From a virus: a stretch of 64,000 bases of DNA. The DNA is taken from IMG/VR virus record IMGVR_UViG_3300030085_002462. One strand, 5' to 3'. The notes below the pieces were generated by a model that worked only from the letters and a program-made list of their open reading frames with translations, made no database searches and was not told the origin of the DNA. Both the position numbers and the translations under genes were made by a program. Positions 1-8,310 of this stretch are shown here, one piece after another; the stretch's first letter is position 1; each line of letters begins with the position of its first letter.

Positions 1-360
1 AAAGCACTACAAGGTATTCTAAATAGATATCAGTTACGCTTTCCTTTCTGTGAAACTGCTCCGTATAAAGTAACAGAGCCATACAGTTTCCAATGGTATC
101 CCAAGGGTGGTGGATTTAAGATCTGGCACACTGAAAGAAATAATGCACACCTATCTAATGTGTATAGGCATCTAGTCTTTATGACATACCTTACTGACGC
201 ACCTGGCGGTGGCACAGAGTGGTTTCATCAAGACAAATATGTAGATGCTCAGAAAGGAATGACTGTTATATGGCCATCAGACTGGACCCATCTTCATAGA
301 GGTCGAGTCACCAACGATCATGAAAAAATTATTATTACTGGTTGGTTTAGTTTTAATTAG
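1..360 (+). CDS. 2OG-Fe(II) oxygenase family protein, 5'-truncated by the window edge
   Basis: Frame 1 is open from base 1 (KALQGILNRYQLRFPF...GGGFKIWHTERNN...RHLVFMTYL...GGGTEW...IWPSDWTHLHRG). HxE...H facial triad typical of cyanophage prolyl-hydroxylase-like oxygenases. Confidence 0.85.
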   Translation, partial: KALQGILNRYQLRFPFCETAPYKVTEPYSFQWYPKGGGFKIWHTERNNAHLSNVYRHLVFMTYLTDAPGGGTEWFHQDKYVDAQKGMTVIWPSDWTHLHRGRVTNDHEKIIITGWFSFN

Positions 361-368
361 GAGTTTAC

Positions 369-536
369 ATGCAAACACAGGACGAGAGATGGAATAGGGC
401 ACTCGATCTTTTCATCGAGTCTGTGCACAAACCTGATTCTAAGTTGAGGGGATGCGCACATAACCAAGAATGTTACCATGAGTTGATGTATATCCGTAGT
501 TATGTGCTAGACTATATTCAGTCACTCAGACGCTAA
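369..536 (+). CDS. Hypothetical protein, 55 aa (MQTQDERWNRALDLFIESVHKPDSKLRGCAHNQECY...)
   Basis: Translated by hand; below the ORF-track cutoff. Its TAA overlaps the next ATG (TAATG). Confidence 0.7.
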   Translation: MQTQDERWNRALDLFIESVHKPDSKLRGCAHNQECYHELMYIRSYVLDYIQSLRR

Positions 537-787
537 TGAAAAAAGCAACCGTCATCCTTGAGCGATACCCATACCGCTATGTGCAGTGTGGGACCATTGA
601 ATTGAATGGGATGCCTGATTACCGCATTCAAAAAGCGGACCCATATTCTAACCGATACAATGACATGTATCTCTTGGATAATGCCATCCAGTTAGACTAT
701 GCTATTGAAGATTTTGAATACACCAAGTGGTTAGACCCTGCAGGTGTGCCTTGTTATACGAAAGATAGTGTCAAGGCGTATTCTTAG
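536..787 (+). CDS. Conserved cyanophage hypothetical protein
   Basis: ORF track; translationally coupled to the upstream ORF. Confidence 0.7.
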   Translation: MKKATVILERYPYRYVQCGTIELNGMPDYRIQKADPYSNRYNDMYLLDNAIQLDYAIEDFEYTKWLDPAGVPCYTKDSVKAYS

Positions 788-1148
788 AATCTGGAAGTAT
801 TCCCTAGGGTCATTCTCTGATGACAAGACAGGACCCTATGATAACTACATCGCAGGTGTACGCACCTGCATTTTTATATCTTATCTTGTCACTAATTGTT
901 TTATCGTCAGCGGAGTAATCCGTCATTGGAATTATGAAAGCAGAATTGAAAGCAGCAACAGAAGCACTGAAGGCAGCACTGCACAGTGCGATCGACGATC
1001 CGAAATTCAATCGCAACAACCTCTCGGAGTTGTGGAGACATTACAACGGAGTCCAGACGATCTACGAATCGACAGAGGACGACATTCCACAGATCCAATT
1101 CCAACAGGACATTCTGGATTCTATGGGGAGCATTTCTCTAGACAGTGA
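768..1148 (+). CDS. Small membrane hypothetical protein (RIWKYSLG...IRHWN type) with a long C-terminal run-on over the next gene
   Basis: GTG at 768. Hydrophobic segment CIFISYLVTNCFIVSGVIRHWN resembles a small cyanophage family I recall. The run-on to 1148 overlaps ORF 934-1230 and may be non-functional. Confidence 0.5.
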   Translation: MSRRILRIWKYSLGSFSDDKTGPYDNYIAGVRTCIFISYLVTNCFIVSGVIRHWNYESRIESSNRSTEGSTAQCDRRSEIQSQQPLGVVETLQRSPDDLRIDRGRHSTDPIPTGHSGFYGEHFSRQ

Positions 1149-1230
1149 TCCTCTGGTAGATCCTGTGTTTGCAGCAGGTCCAGTCAACCTTCCTGGTGGA
1201 GAAGGTCAGGATGTCATCACATTTTCTTAA
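934..1230 (+). CDS. Hypothetical protein
   Basis: ORF track; phage-like codon usage; acidic C-terminus. Confidence 0.7.
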   Translation: MKAELKAATEALKAALHSAIDDPKFNRNNLSELWRHYNGVQTIYESTEDDIPQIQFQQDILDSMGSISLDSDPLVDPVFAAGPVNLPGGEGQDVITFS

Positions 1231-1249
1231 GATTTCAAACCTTGGGGGG

Positions 1250-1278
1250 TTGACAACGTAACAAATGTCATATATAGT
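1250..1278 (+). promoter_or_regulatory. Sigma70-type promoter of the hli operon
   Basis: TTGACA(1250-1255)-17 nt-TATAGT(1273-1278). Confidence 0.85.
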
Positions 1279-1294
1279 TACATATAGTTACAAC
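1277..1294 (+). promoter_or_regulatory. HLR1 (RpaB-binding) direct repeat
   Basis: GTTACATA-TA-GTTACAAC matches (G/T)TTACA(T/A)(T/A)-NN-(G/T)TTACA(T/A)(T/A) with one mismatch and overlaps the -10/+1 region. Confidence 0.7.
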
Positions 1295-1305
1295 TCTTAA
1301 CACAG

Positions 1306-1524
1306 ATGACAGTAACAACGAATGAGTTCGGTCAGGTCAACATGTTTGCCAACGAACCAGCAATGTACATCGATCCCGAGGTAAAAAAGCAAATGCAATC
1401 TGAAATTTACGAAACCCACAACGAAAAAGCTGAGAAGCTTAACGGCAGACTCGCCATGCTTGGTTTGGTCTCCGCATTCCTGTCCTATGCCTTCACTGGC
1501 AAACTTTTCTTTGGAGTATTCTAA
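1306..1524 (+). CDS. hli: High-light-inducible protein (long form)
   Basis: N-terminal TTNEFGQVNMFANEP extension plus AEKLNGRLAMLG chlorophyll-binding helix. Confidence 0.95.
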   Translation: MTVTTNEFGQVNMFANEPAMYIDPEVKKQMQSEIYETHNEKAEKLNGRLAMLGLVSAFLSYAFTGKLFFGVF

Positions 1525-1631
1525 TGACACCTGAAGCAGAAAGATTTAATGGATGGGCAGCAATGGTAGGAATCATTGCAGCATTCGGTGCTTACGCACT
1601 AACAGGACAGATCATTCCTGGTCTGTGGTAG
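1524..1631 (+). CDS. hli: High-light-inducible protein (35-aa short form)
   Basis: Hand translation MTPEAERFNGWAAMVGIIAAFGAYALTGQIIPGLW: ExxNGxxAM motif and TGQIIPG tail. Missing from the ORF track. Confidence 0.95.
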   Translation: MTPEAERFNGWAAMVGIIAAFGAYALTGQIIPGLW

Positions 1632-1802
1632 ATGACTGATTTCGTAGTAGATTCATACCCTGCATGGAAAGCAATCCTCTGGTGTTTATATCCAATGGGT
1701 GCTCTCGTTGCTATTGAATTGTTTCTACGGGCAGTTACCAATAAGGATGACGACGACGATGGTGGTGGGGGCATGATGATTCCTGCTTACGCACCACGCT
1801 AG
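1632..1802 (+). CDS. Small single-TM protein with DDDDDGGGG tail, 56 aa
   Basis: Hand translation MTDFVVDSYPAWKAILWCLYPMGALVAIELFLRAVTNKDDDDDGGGGMMIPAYAPR; ATG directly follows the hli stop. Confidence 0.75.
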   Translation: MTDFVVDSYPAWKAILWCLYPMGALVAIELFLRAVTNKDDDDDGGGGMMIPAYAPR

Positions 1803-1828
1803 ACGCACGAGGATATCCATGCTATAAT
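1800..1828 (+). promoter_or_regulatory. Sigma70-type promoter
   Basis: TAGACG-17 nt-TATAAT. Confidence 0.65.
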
Positions 1829-1832
1829 ATTG

Positions 1833-1856
1833 AGAGGTGCAAGTCACCTCTTTTTT
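1833..1856 (+). terminator. Rho-independent terminator after the hli operon
   Basis: AGAGGTG-caagt-CACCTCT stem followed by a T run. Confidence 0.85.
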
Positions 1857-1882
1857 ATTCTATATAATTTGGATAGAATCTC

Positions 1883-2491
1883 ATGCTCATGAAGACCACA
1901 GCACTCTTGACTGCTGCCCTCCTTCCCGCTTCCATTGCTGTTGCATCTGGATTGCGTGAGGTGGACGTGCCCCAAGAGATCCCTGCTCCTACTGAATATG
2001 TTTGGGACTGTCCTACTTGCTCAGAGACTGAGCGTTACGTCCTACAGGAGTTACAAAAAGAGACTAAAATTTACGACCGCAATGCACTTGCTACAATTCT
2101 TGGCAATATTAGACAGGAGTCTAATTTCACTCCCAATATATGTGAGGGAGGTGCTAGAGTTCGCTATGACGATTGTCATAGGGGTGGGTATGGCATCATT
2201 CAGTGGACAAGCTTAGGTCGTTATAATAATCTCGGTAAATTCTGCACAAACTATGGATGTGATCCCTCTAGTCTTACTGGTCAGGTAAGATATATGATTA
2301 ACGAATCTGTCTTCCAACGCTATCTTCCTATGTTTGAAGGTGGTGGTCAGACTGTCTCCTACTATATGAAACCAGCATATTACTGGTTGGGTTGGGGCAT
2401 CAAAGGCAATCGTGAATTGTATGCATACGATTACGTTAAGAAGTTGGAAAAAGTAGAGAAGGATGACGTATCAGTTACAGTTGAAGCATAA
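1883..2491 (+). CDS. Lysozyme-fold cell-wall hydrolase (phage tail lysozyme-like) with signal peptide
   Basis: ALATILGNIRQESNF...GYGIIQWT..GRY motif; N-terminal hydrophobic signal (TTALLTAALLPASIAVA). Confidence 0.7.
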   Translation: MLMKTTALLTAALLPASIAVASGLREVDVPQEIPAPTEYVWDCPTCSETERYVLQELQKETKIYDRNALATILGNIRQESNFTPNICEGGARVRYDDCHRGGYGIIQWTSLGRYNNLGKFCTNYGCDPSSLTGQVRYMINESVFQRYLPMFEGGGQTVSYYMKPAYYWLGWGIKGNRELYAYDYVKKLEKVEKDDVSVTVEA

Positions 2492-2651
2492 AGAAGATTG
2501 GGTTACACTAAAAAATTATACAGGTCTTTCTCGTATCAAAGCAGAGTTTCTTTACTTCTGCTGCAGTTTGATGGGAGAGAAGGCGAGTCAACTGAGGATA
2601 ACACGAGAGTATGGAACCACCATTGATGAAAGTAATCAAGTTTGCGAGTGA
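2463..2651 (+). CDS. Hypothetical protein
   Basis: ORF track; fills the gap between neighbours with short overlaps. Confidence 0.45.
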   Translation: MTYQLQLKHKEDWVTLKNYTGLSRIKAEFLYFCCSLMGEKASQLRITREYGTTIDESNQVCE

Positions 2652-3270
2652 GGAGTTTACTCCTTTCGCTCCTTACTGGGATTATGTAATGGCAGAGACG
2701 GAGGTCCAGTGGGACCTCCAACCACTCATCGATGAGATCCTTTCTAAAGAGAAAGGTATCATTGAATCAACTGAGTTTACTGATGACTGGGGCACACGTC
2801 TTGGCAAGAATAGTTTAACTTCAAGATCTAATACTTATAATCTCCTTGAGTTTGACAACGCAGCAGACCTTAGAGATTCTATTAGATCTGTCCACGATAG
2901 ATTCCTACAGAATCTTGACATGGAATATCCTAGTGGTATCTTTGTCCAGTGTTGGGCAAACGTGATGAGGAAGAAGGAGAAGATTGCTCCTCACTGTCAT
3001 GCGTTTGGACCCTACACATATCTTAGTGGACACCTTTGTATGCAGGTGGAGGACACTTCCACCTACTACATTAATCCTTATGGTGGTGACCCATGGAAGT
3101 CTGAGAATACAAACGGTAAGATCACCCTGTTTCCAGGATGGTTGCGTCACTACACAGATCCCGTGCCACCAGACCAGACTAGGATCACAATCGCATTTGA
3201 CATTCTGTCAGAGAACGGTTACTATGAGGACGTTAAAGACGAGATGAAACACCATTGGATCAGACTGTAG
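2611..3270 (+). CDS. 2OG-Fe(II) oxygenase-like protein (TIGR02466-like)
   Basis: CWANVMR...APHCH...LSGHL...GKITLFPGWLRHYT...RITIAFDI. Confidence 0.8.
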   Translation: MEPPLMKVIKFASEEFTPFAPYWDYVMAETEVQWDLQPLIDEILSKEKGIIESTEFTDDWGTRLGKNSLTSRSNTYNLLEFDNAADLRDSIRSVHDRFLQNLDMEYPSGIFVQCWANVMRKKEKIAPHCHAFGPYTYLSGHLCMQVEDTSTYYINPYGGDPWKSENTNGKITLFPGWLRHYTDPVPPDQTRITIAFDILSENGYYEDVKDEMKHHWIRL

Positions 3271-3557
3271 AGCAGAGACTTCCTCGCCTTGAGGATTCCC
3301 TTGGACCCAATCCGACTATTGAGAAAGAGATCCCTGAAGATGTTGAATGGATCGATGACGCTTTCTATATCAAGAAGACCCGCTTTGGTCTTTACACCAG
3401 TGTATTGAAGTCCCCTCTGGGTGCTCACTTCCTTACTGGTCTTGATAAAGAAGGTGTCATTTCTATGTCTAGGTGGCACCTCAAGTGTCTCCAAGAAGGC
3501 ACTCTTCAAAACTATACTAAAGTCGTTAACAGTGGAGTCGTCGGCGGCAAACTATGA
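3255..3557 (+). CDS. Conserved cyanophage hypothetical protein
   Basis: ORF track; coupled to its neighbours. Confidence 0.7.
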   Translation: MDQTVEQRLPRLEDSLGPNPTIEKEIPEDVEWIDDAFYIKKTRFGLYTSVLKSPLGAHFLTGLDKEGVISMSRWHLKCLQEGTLQNYTKVVNSGVVGGKL

Positions 3558-4384
3558 AGGATTCAATTCTGTATGGTGACTGCAGGGAGACACTACAACA
3601 GATCGCAGACTCTGGCACTCGTGCTCGCATGTGTGTGACATCTCCTCCCTACTATGGTCTGCGTGACTATGGTAATGAGGATGCACAGATTGGTCTGGAG
3701 CAATCTCCTGAAGAGTTTATCGAAGAATTGGTTACAGTATTCCGTGGTGTGCGTGATTGTCTGACTGATGATGGCACACTGTGGGTTAATATTGGCGATA
3801 GTTATTACAACTATCGTGGTGGTAAAGGTCAAGCACTACCTAAACAGTCAGTTGCTAAGACTGATCAAGATCTACCACAAAAGAATCCTAGACGTGGTAA
3901 TAAACTGAAAGGATATAAAGAGAAAGATCTTATTGGCATCCCTTGGATGCTTGCATTCGCTCTACGCAAAGATGGTTGGTATCTCCGTCAAGATATTATC
4001 TGGAGCAAACCTAACCCTATGCCAGAGAGTATGCGTGACAGGTGCACAAAGTCACATGAGTATATCTTCTTACTGAGTAAGAGTCAAAACTATTTCTTTG
4101 ATGTAGATGCTATCAAGCAACCTACCGTAGACGGTAAGTCTATGAAGAGAAGGAAGAGTGTCTGGGAAGTGAGGACTAAACCTTATAAAGGTGCACACTT
4201 CGCAGTCTATCCTACTGAGTTGATCGAGCCTGCCATCCTTGCAGGTAGTGAGGAGGGTGACATTGTGCTTGATCCTTTCATGGGATCAGGGACCACTGCT
4301 GTGGTTGCTAAATCATTAGGGAGACACTATACTGGGTGTGAATTACATGAATCCTACTCGCAACTCATCGGAGAAAGACTATGA
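3554..4384 (+). CDS. DNA amino-methyltransferase (N4-C/N6-A, beta class), apparently orphan
   Basis: Catalytic TSPPY near the N-terminus, WSKPNPMPES, and SAM motif VLDPFMGSGTT near the C-terminus. Confidence 0.92.
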   Translation: MKDSILYGDCRETLQQIADSGTRARMCVTSPPYYGLRDYGNEDAQIGLEQSPEEFIEELVTVFRGVRDCLTDDGTLWVNIGDSYYNYRGGKGQALPKQSVAKTDQDLPQKNPRRGNKLKGYKEKDLIGIPWMLAFALRKDGWYLRQDIIWSKPNPMPESMRDRCTKSHEYIFLLSKSQNYFFDVDAIKQPTVDGKSMKRRKSVWEVRTKPYKGAHFAVYPTELIEPAILAGSEEGDIVLDPFMGSGTTAVVAKSLGRHYTGCELHESYSQLIGERL

Positions 4385-4641
4385 TTGAAGACTGGCGCTA
4401 TGATGACGGTAAAATGAATGAAAGGTCACTTGCTATGAGTGCCTTCGTCCGAAAGGGTATCGATCTGAATCGTGGTGTGTATGAATTCTGTGCTGACTTC
4501 GTATCTCAAGGTGGTATGCTATCATTGTTGAAAGAGCATTGTGATGGCACAGGTGAGAGTCCCTTCACCATGGAAGTGCTAGATAGCATTGCTGATAAAG
4601 TTGTTAAGTCTTATTACGAATGGGTGGAGGAAACGTCTTGA
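4381..4641 (+). CDS. Hypothetical protein
   Basis: ORF track; ATGA overlap with the methylase stop. Confidence 0.7.
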   Translation: MIEDWRYDDGKMNERSLAMSAFVRKGIDLNRGVYEFCADFVSQGGMLSLLKEHCDGTGESPFTMEVLDSIADKVVKSYYEWVEETS

Positions 4642-6116
4642 AGATTATTATTGTTGGTGGTGGCACATCAGGTTGGATGTCTGCTGCCACTCTGAAGAAG
4701 AGATATCCTAATTATCATATCGAAGTTATTGAGTCAGACTCTGTGCCACCGATAGGAGTGGGAGAGTCAACGACTCAATTTTTTAGTATCTGGTTGCATT
4801 ACTTAGGACTTGAACCTAAGGACTGGATGCCACATTGTGATGCCACTTATAAAGTATCTGTCCGTTTCCATAACTTCCATGATGTTGGAGATGTCCCATG
4901 GCAATATCCTTTTGGTAATCCTAAGACCGATGCACAACGTTTAGATGTGTGGTTTAGGGATGCCATGATTAATAAGTGGGACAACAGTCGTCTTGCTAGA
5001 GATCACTGGATCTCTGCAGAGTTGGCAACTCAAAATGTGATAGGTGACTTCCCTAATTTCAAACTAGGTAGAGATAACGGTTACCATTTTGATGCATCTA
5101 AGTTTGCTATCTGGTTGCGTGATAATTATTGTCTCCCCCGTGGTGTAATTCATACTAGAGGACACGTTGAAGATATTACCTACGATGATGATGGTGTTAA
5201 AGAATTATGGTTGGAAGGTGTAGAGGATCCAGTTACTGCTGACCTCTTCATTGACTGCACTGGTTTCAAATCAATGTTGAATCAGACAGGGTGGAAGGAA
5301 TATGATTTCCTCCCTAATGATCGTGCATGGGTGACTCGTGTTGACTATAGAGATAAGACAAAGGAGATGGTCAACTGCACAGACTGCACTGCACTGTCCT
5401 CTGGGTGGGTCTGGAATGTCCCTACATGGGATCGTATCGGCACAGGGTATGTCTTCTCCAGTAAATATCAAGATGAGAAAGATGCACTTGTTGAATTTCA
5501 AGATCATCTAGACGATAGAGTATCTGAGAATCAAGCATATCGTTTGATTAAATTCTCAGGTGGTAGAAGGACTGAAGGATGGTGGAAGAATGTTGTATCC
5601 ATTGGTTTGTCTGGTGGATTCCTAGAGCCACTAGAATCAAATGGTTTGCTCTCTGTCCATGAGTTTCTTTTCTATCTCATCAGAGCATTTGGTGATCGTC
5701 AGGTAATTACACAACAGATCAGAGATATCTACAACAGGATTTGTGCTGAGAAGTTTGATGACTTCGCTGCATTCATTGGTATTCACTACTCATATACACA
5801 GAGAAACGATAGTCCTTATTGGAAAGCAGTCACCCAGAGATCAATCCATGGTGCTACTCATGACTATGCACAGGGTGCCTGCATGATTACACCATTCAAG
5901 ATCAATGACGCTATTAATTTTCATGCAAGTGATTCCATCCCTGCTATCTGGGGTGGTCATGGATTCAATCCTTGGAATGAAATTGTAGAGAATGAGATTA
6001 GGATGTATGGGTATGAAGTATTTGAAAGCACTAGGCATACATACAAAGACTGGGATCTTTCCGAGTGTATGAATACTTACGAGTATTATACGAAAACTTT
6101 ATATGGTATGACATGA
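4638..6116 (+). CDS. Flavin-dependent (tryptophan-halogenase/PrnA-like) halogenase 1
   Basis: GGGTSG FAD motif, IGVGEST, catalytic Lys in CDATYK, FIDCTGF, WVWNVP, FLEPLESNG. Likely TTG start at 4638 (TTGA overlap). Confidence 0.9.
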   Translation: MKIIIVGGGTSGWMSAATLKKRYPNYHIEVIESDSVPPIGVGESTTQFFSIWLHYLGLEPKDWMPHCDATYKVSVRFHNFHDVGDVPWQYPFGNPKTDAQRLDVWFRDAMINKWDNSRLARDHWISAELATQNVIGDFPNFKLGRDNGYHFDASKFAIWLRDNYCLPRGVIHTRGHVEDITYDDDGVKELWLEGVEDPVTADLFIDCTGFKSMLNQTGWKEYDFLPNDRAWVTRVDYRDKTKEMVNCTDCTALSSGWVWNVPTWDRIGTGYVFSSKYQDEKDALVEFQDHLDDRVSENQAYRLIKFSGGRRTEGWWKNVVSIGLSGGFLEPLESNGLLSVHEFLFYLIRAFGDRQVITQQIRDIYNRICAEKFDDFAAFIGIHYSYTQRNDSPYWKAVTQRSIHGATHDYAQGACMITPFKINDAINFHASDSIPAIWGGHGFNPWNEIVENEIRMYGYEVFESTRHTYKDWDLSECMNTYEYYTKTLYGMT

Positions 6117-6301
6117 TGTATGAATCACTTAACTGCTTCGAGGAAGCACTCAAGCACTTCGGCACCCGAGTCGAAATGATCTGTGCTATGCAGATGGCAA
6201 GGAAGATCGATCCCGAGCAGGCATACCAGATGATCAAGGATGAGCGAGAGGAGTTGAAGCGGTGCCGAAAGAAGTGGAATAAATCTGGCGAAAACTGTTG
6301 A
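6113..6301 (+). CDS. Conserved cyanophage hypothetical protein
   Basis: MMYESLNCFEEALKHFGTRVEMIC...; ATGA overlap with the halogenase stop. Confidence 0.75.
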   Translation: MMYESLNCFEEALKHFGTRVEMICAMQMARKIDPEQAYQMIKDEREELKRCRKKWNKSGENC

Positions 6302-6326
6302 CAAGATTCGGGAAACCCTATATAGT
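6298..6326 (+). promoter_or_regulatory. Sigma70-type psbA promoter
   Basis: TTGACA-17 nt-TATAGT. Confidence 0.85.
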
Positions 6327-6360
6327 AAGTCTGTCGTTAACAAAGCGACACATTTGACCC

Positions 6361-6473
6361 CTTCAACCGAGACCTATAGGGTCATTAAACTACGTCTCTA
6401 ATACCTCTACCTGAGGGTGGTAGAGGAATACTAACTTCACTGTCCCCTGCAGTATTACTAACCCTTTTTTCAA
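6361..6473 (+). ncRNA. Structured psbA 5' leader, probably the PhotoRC-II RNA motif
   Basis: GAGAC(6369-73)/GTCTC(6394-98) stem enclosing a GACC/GGTC hairpin, then CCTCTACC(6404-11)/GGTAGAGG(6419-26) hairpin. Position upstream of a cyanophage psbA matches PhotoRC-II; family assignment not tested. Confidence 0.6.
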
Positions 6474-7556
6474 ATGTCGAGTACAATTCTTACCCAAGGT
6501 AGGCAGTCTTCCAACTGGGAGCAGTTCTGCAACTGGGTTACTAGCACAAATAACCGTCTTTATGTTGGTTGGTTTGGAGTCCTTATGATTCCTTGCCTTC
6601 TCGCCGCTACAATTTGCTTCATTACTGCCTTCATCGCTGCTCCTCCTGTGGACATCGATGGCATCAGAGAACCTGTTGCAGGATCTCTTATGTATGGTAA
6701 CAACATCATCTCTGGTGCTGTTGTCCCTTCGTCTAATGCTATTGGTCTGCACTTCTATCCTATCTGGGAAGCAGGGACCATGGATGAATGGTTGTATAAC
6801 GGTGGTCCTTACCAGTTGGTTGTCTTCCACTTCCTTATCGGTGTAGCTTGCTACATGGGTCGTGAGTGGGAACTGTCTTACCGTCTTGGTATGCGTCCTT
6901 GGATCTGCGTTGCTTATTCAGCACCTGTTGCTGCTGCCGCTGCAGTCTTCCTCGTTTATCCTTTCGGTCAGGGATCTTTCTCTGATGGTATGCCTCTTGG
7001 TATCTCTGGTACATTCAACTACATGTTTGTCTTCCAAGCGGAGCACAACATTCTGATGCACCCCTTCCACATGCTTGGAGTTGCTGGTGTTTTTGGTGGA
7101 TCTCTTTTCTCTGCTATGCACGGTAGTCTCGTGACCTCTTCTTTGGTCCGTGAAACTACTGAAACCGAGTCACAAAACTACGGTTACAAGTTTGGTCAAG
7201 AAGAAGAAACCTATAACATCGTTGCCGCTCATGGTTACTTTGGTCGTCTGATCTTCCAGTATGCTTCTTTCAACAATTCTCGCTCGCTGCACTTCTTCTT
7301 GGCAGCATGGCCTGTTGTGGGCATCTGGTTTACCGCCCTCGGCGTCAGCACCATGGCATTTAACCTCAACGGATTCAACTTCAACCAGTCCGTCGTTGAT
7401 GCAGGTGGACGAGTCATCCCAACTTGGGCAGACATTCTCAACCGAGCAGGTCTTGGAATGGAAGTCATGCACGAGCGCAACGCTCACAACTTCCCCCTCG
7501 ATCTTGCGACTGCTGAGTCCACACCTGTGGCCTTGACTGCACCCGCAATCGGTTGA
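6474..7556 (+). CDS. psbA: Photosystem II D1 protein, 360 aa, no intron
   Basis: Unmistakable D1 sequence ([18 protein letters not shown]...[14 protein letters not shown]); Glu at position 130 (YMGREWE); 16-aa C-terminal extension. Confidence 0.99.
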   Translation: MSSTILTQGRQSSNWEQFCNWVTSTNNRLYVGWFGVLMIPCLLAATICFITAFIAAPPVDIDGIREPVAGSLMYGNNIISGAVVPSSNAIGLHFYPIWEAGTMDEWLYNGGPYQLVVFHFLIGVACYMGREWELSYRLGMRPWICVAYSAPVAAAAAVFLVYPFGQGSFSDGMPLGISGTFNYMFVFQAEHNILMHPFHMLGVAGVFGGSLFSAMHGSLVTSSLVRETTETESQNYGYKFGQEEETYNIVAAHGYFGRLIFQYASFNNSRSLHFFLAAWPVVGIWFTALGVSTMAFNLNGFNFNQSVVDAGGRVIPTWADILNRAGLGMEVMHERNAHNFPLDLATAESTPVALTAPAIG

Positions 7557-7584
7557 TGACATTACATTAAATAAGTGATATAAT
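7556..7584 (+). promoter_or_regulatory. Sigma70-type promoter downstream of psbA
   Basis: ATGACA-17 nt-TATAAT. Confidence 0.55.
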
Positions 7585-7585
7585 T

Positions 7586-7610
7586 AGAGGCGTAACCCGC
7601 CTCTTTTTTT
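7586..7610 (+). terminator. psbA rho-independent terminator
   Basis: AGAGGCG-taacc-CGCCTCT followed by T6. Confidence 0.9.
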
Positions 7611-8288
7611 ATGTGGAATTATATTATTGCTGGTCTTCTGTTGGGGGCGGCACATAGTATGCCCGTCCAAGCAGGGGAAGATAAAATTACAAAAGGATAT
7701 AACAGCATGGATGCCATGGGTTGTATGCTACTTCAAGAATGTAATGATAATGTAGATGAGGTATATTCTCTACTTGATATCTCTAGTCAATATGAAAACC
7801 CTGAAAGATTTACATTTGCAGCACACGAGTTTAATACTATGCTGCTGACACTCCATCAGATTGGTGTGAAAGTATATCTTGCTGATCAAAAATATTTCCC
7901 AGTCAATCACCGTGGTGTTTATCACACCGTGTCCAACAACTTCTATCTCAATCGTAGATATATGGATGACCCTGCTGTCCTGATGCAACTCATGCGTCAT
8001 GAAGGATGGCACGCTGCACAAGATTGTATGGCAGGCACCATCGAGAATAGTATGATCGCCATCATCAAACCTGAGGAGGACGTGCCTATGATCTGGCGTG
8101 TCTTGGCAGAGCGCACCTATCCTCAGAGTGCTGTCCCTTGGGAGGCAGAAGCAGGATGGGCAGGACGCACCGAAGGTATGACTCAGGCAGCACTAGAAGC
8201 ATGTGCTCGTGGTAAAATGTGGGAAGAATATGATCCCACTCCTATGACACGAGAGTGGTTGAAAATTAATGGTTATATCAAGGACTAA
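7611..8288 (+). CDS. Exported HExxH zinc-metallopeptidase-like protein
   Basis: Signal peptide (MWNYIIAGLLLGAAHSMPVQA), LMRHEGWHAAQDC and a downstream WEAEA glutamate. Confidence 0.65.
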   Translation: MWNYIIAGLLLGAAHSMPVQAGEDKITKGYNSMDAMGCMLLQECNDNVDEVYSLLDISSQYENPERFTFAAHEFNTMLLTLHQIGVKVYLADQKYFPVNHRGVYHTVSNNFYLNRRYMDDPAVLMQLMRHEGWHAAQDCMAGTIENSMIAIIKPEEDVPMIWRVLAERTYPQSAVPWEAEAGWAGRTEGMTQAALEACARGKMWEEYDPTPMTREWLKINGYIKD

Positions 8289-8291
8289 ATA
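8286..8291 (+). promoter_or_regulatory. T4-type late promoter (gp55 sigma)
   Basis: cTAAATA about 20 nt upstream of the 1475-aa ORF. Confidence 0.7.
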
Positions 8292-8310
8292 CAAGAAAGA
8301 CTCCTAGAGA

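Noticed and set aside
6474-7556. Group I intron or homing endonuclease in or next to psbA; adjacent psbD
   Set aside because: D1 is a continuous 360-aa ORF, no HNH/GIY-YIG ORF is nearby, and no psbD is present in this window.
6390-7562. Minus-strand and alternate-frame ORFs over psbA (6390-6830, 6918-7121, 7170-7562 and others)
   Set aside because: Shadow ORFs caused by the codon bias of D1; no RBS and no recognisable motifs. A non-coding antisense RNA cannot be excluded from sequence alone.
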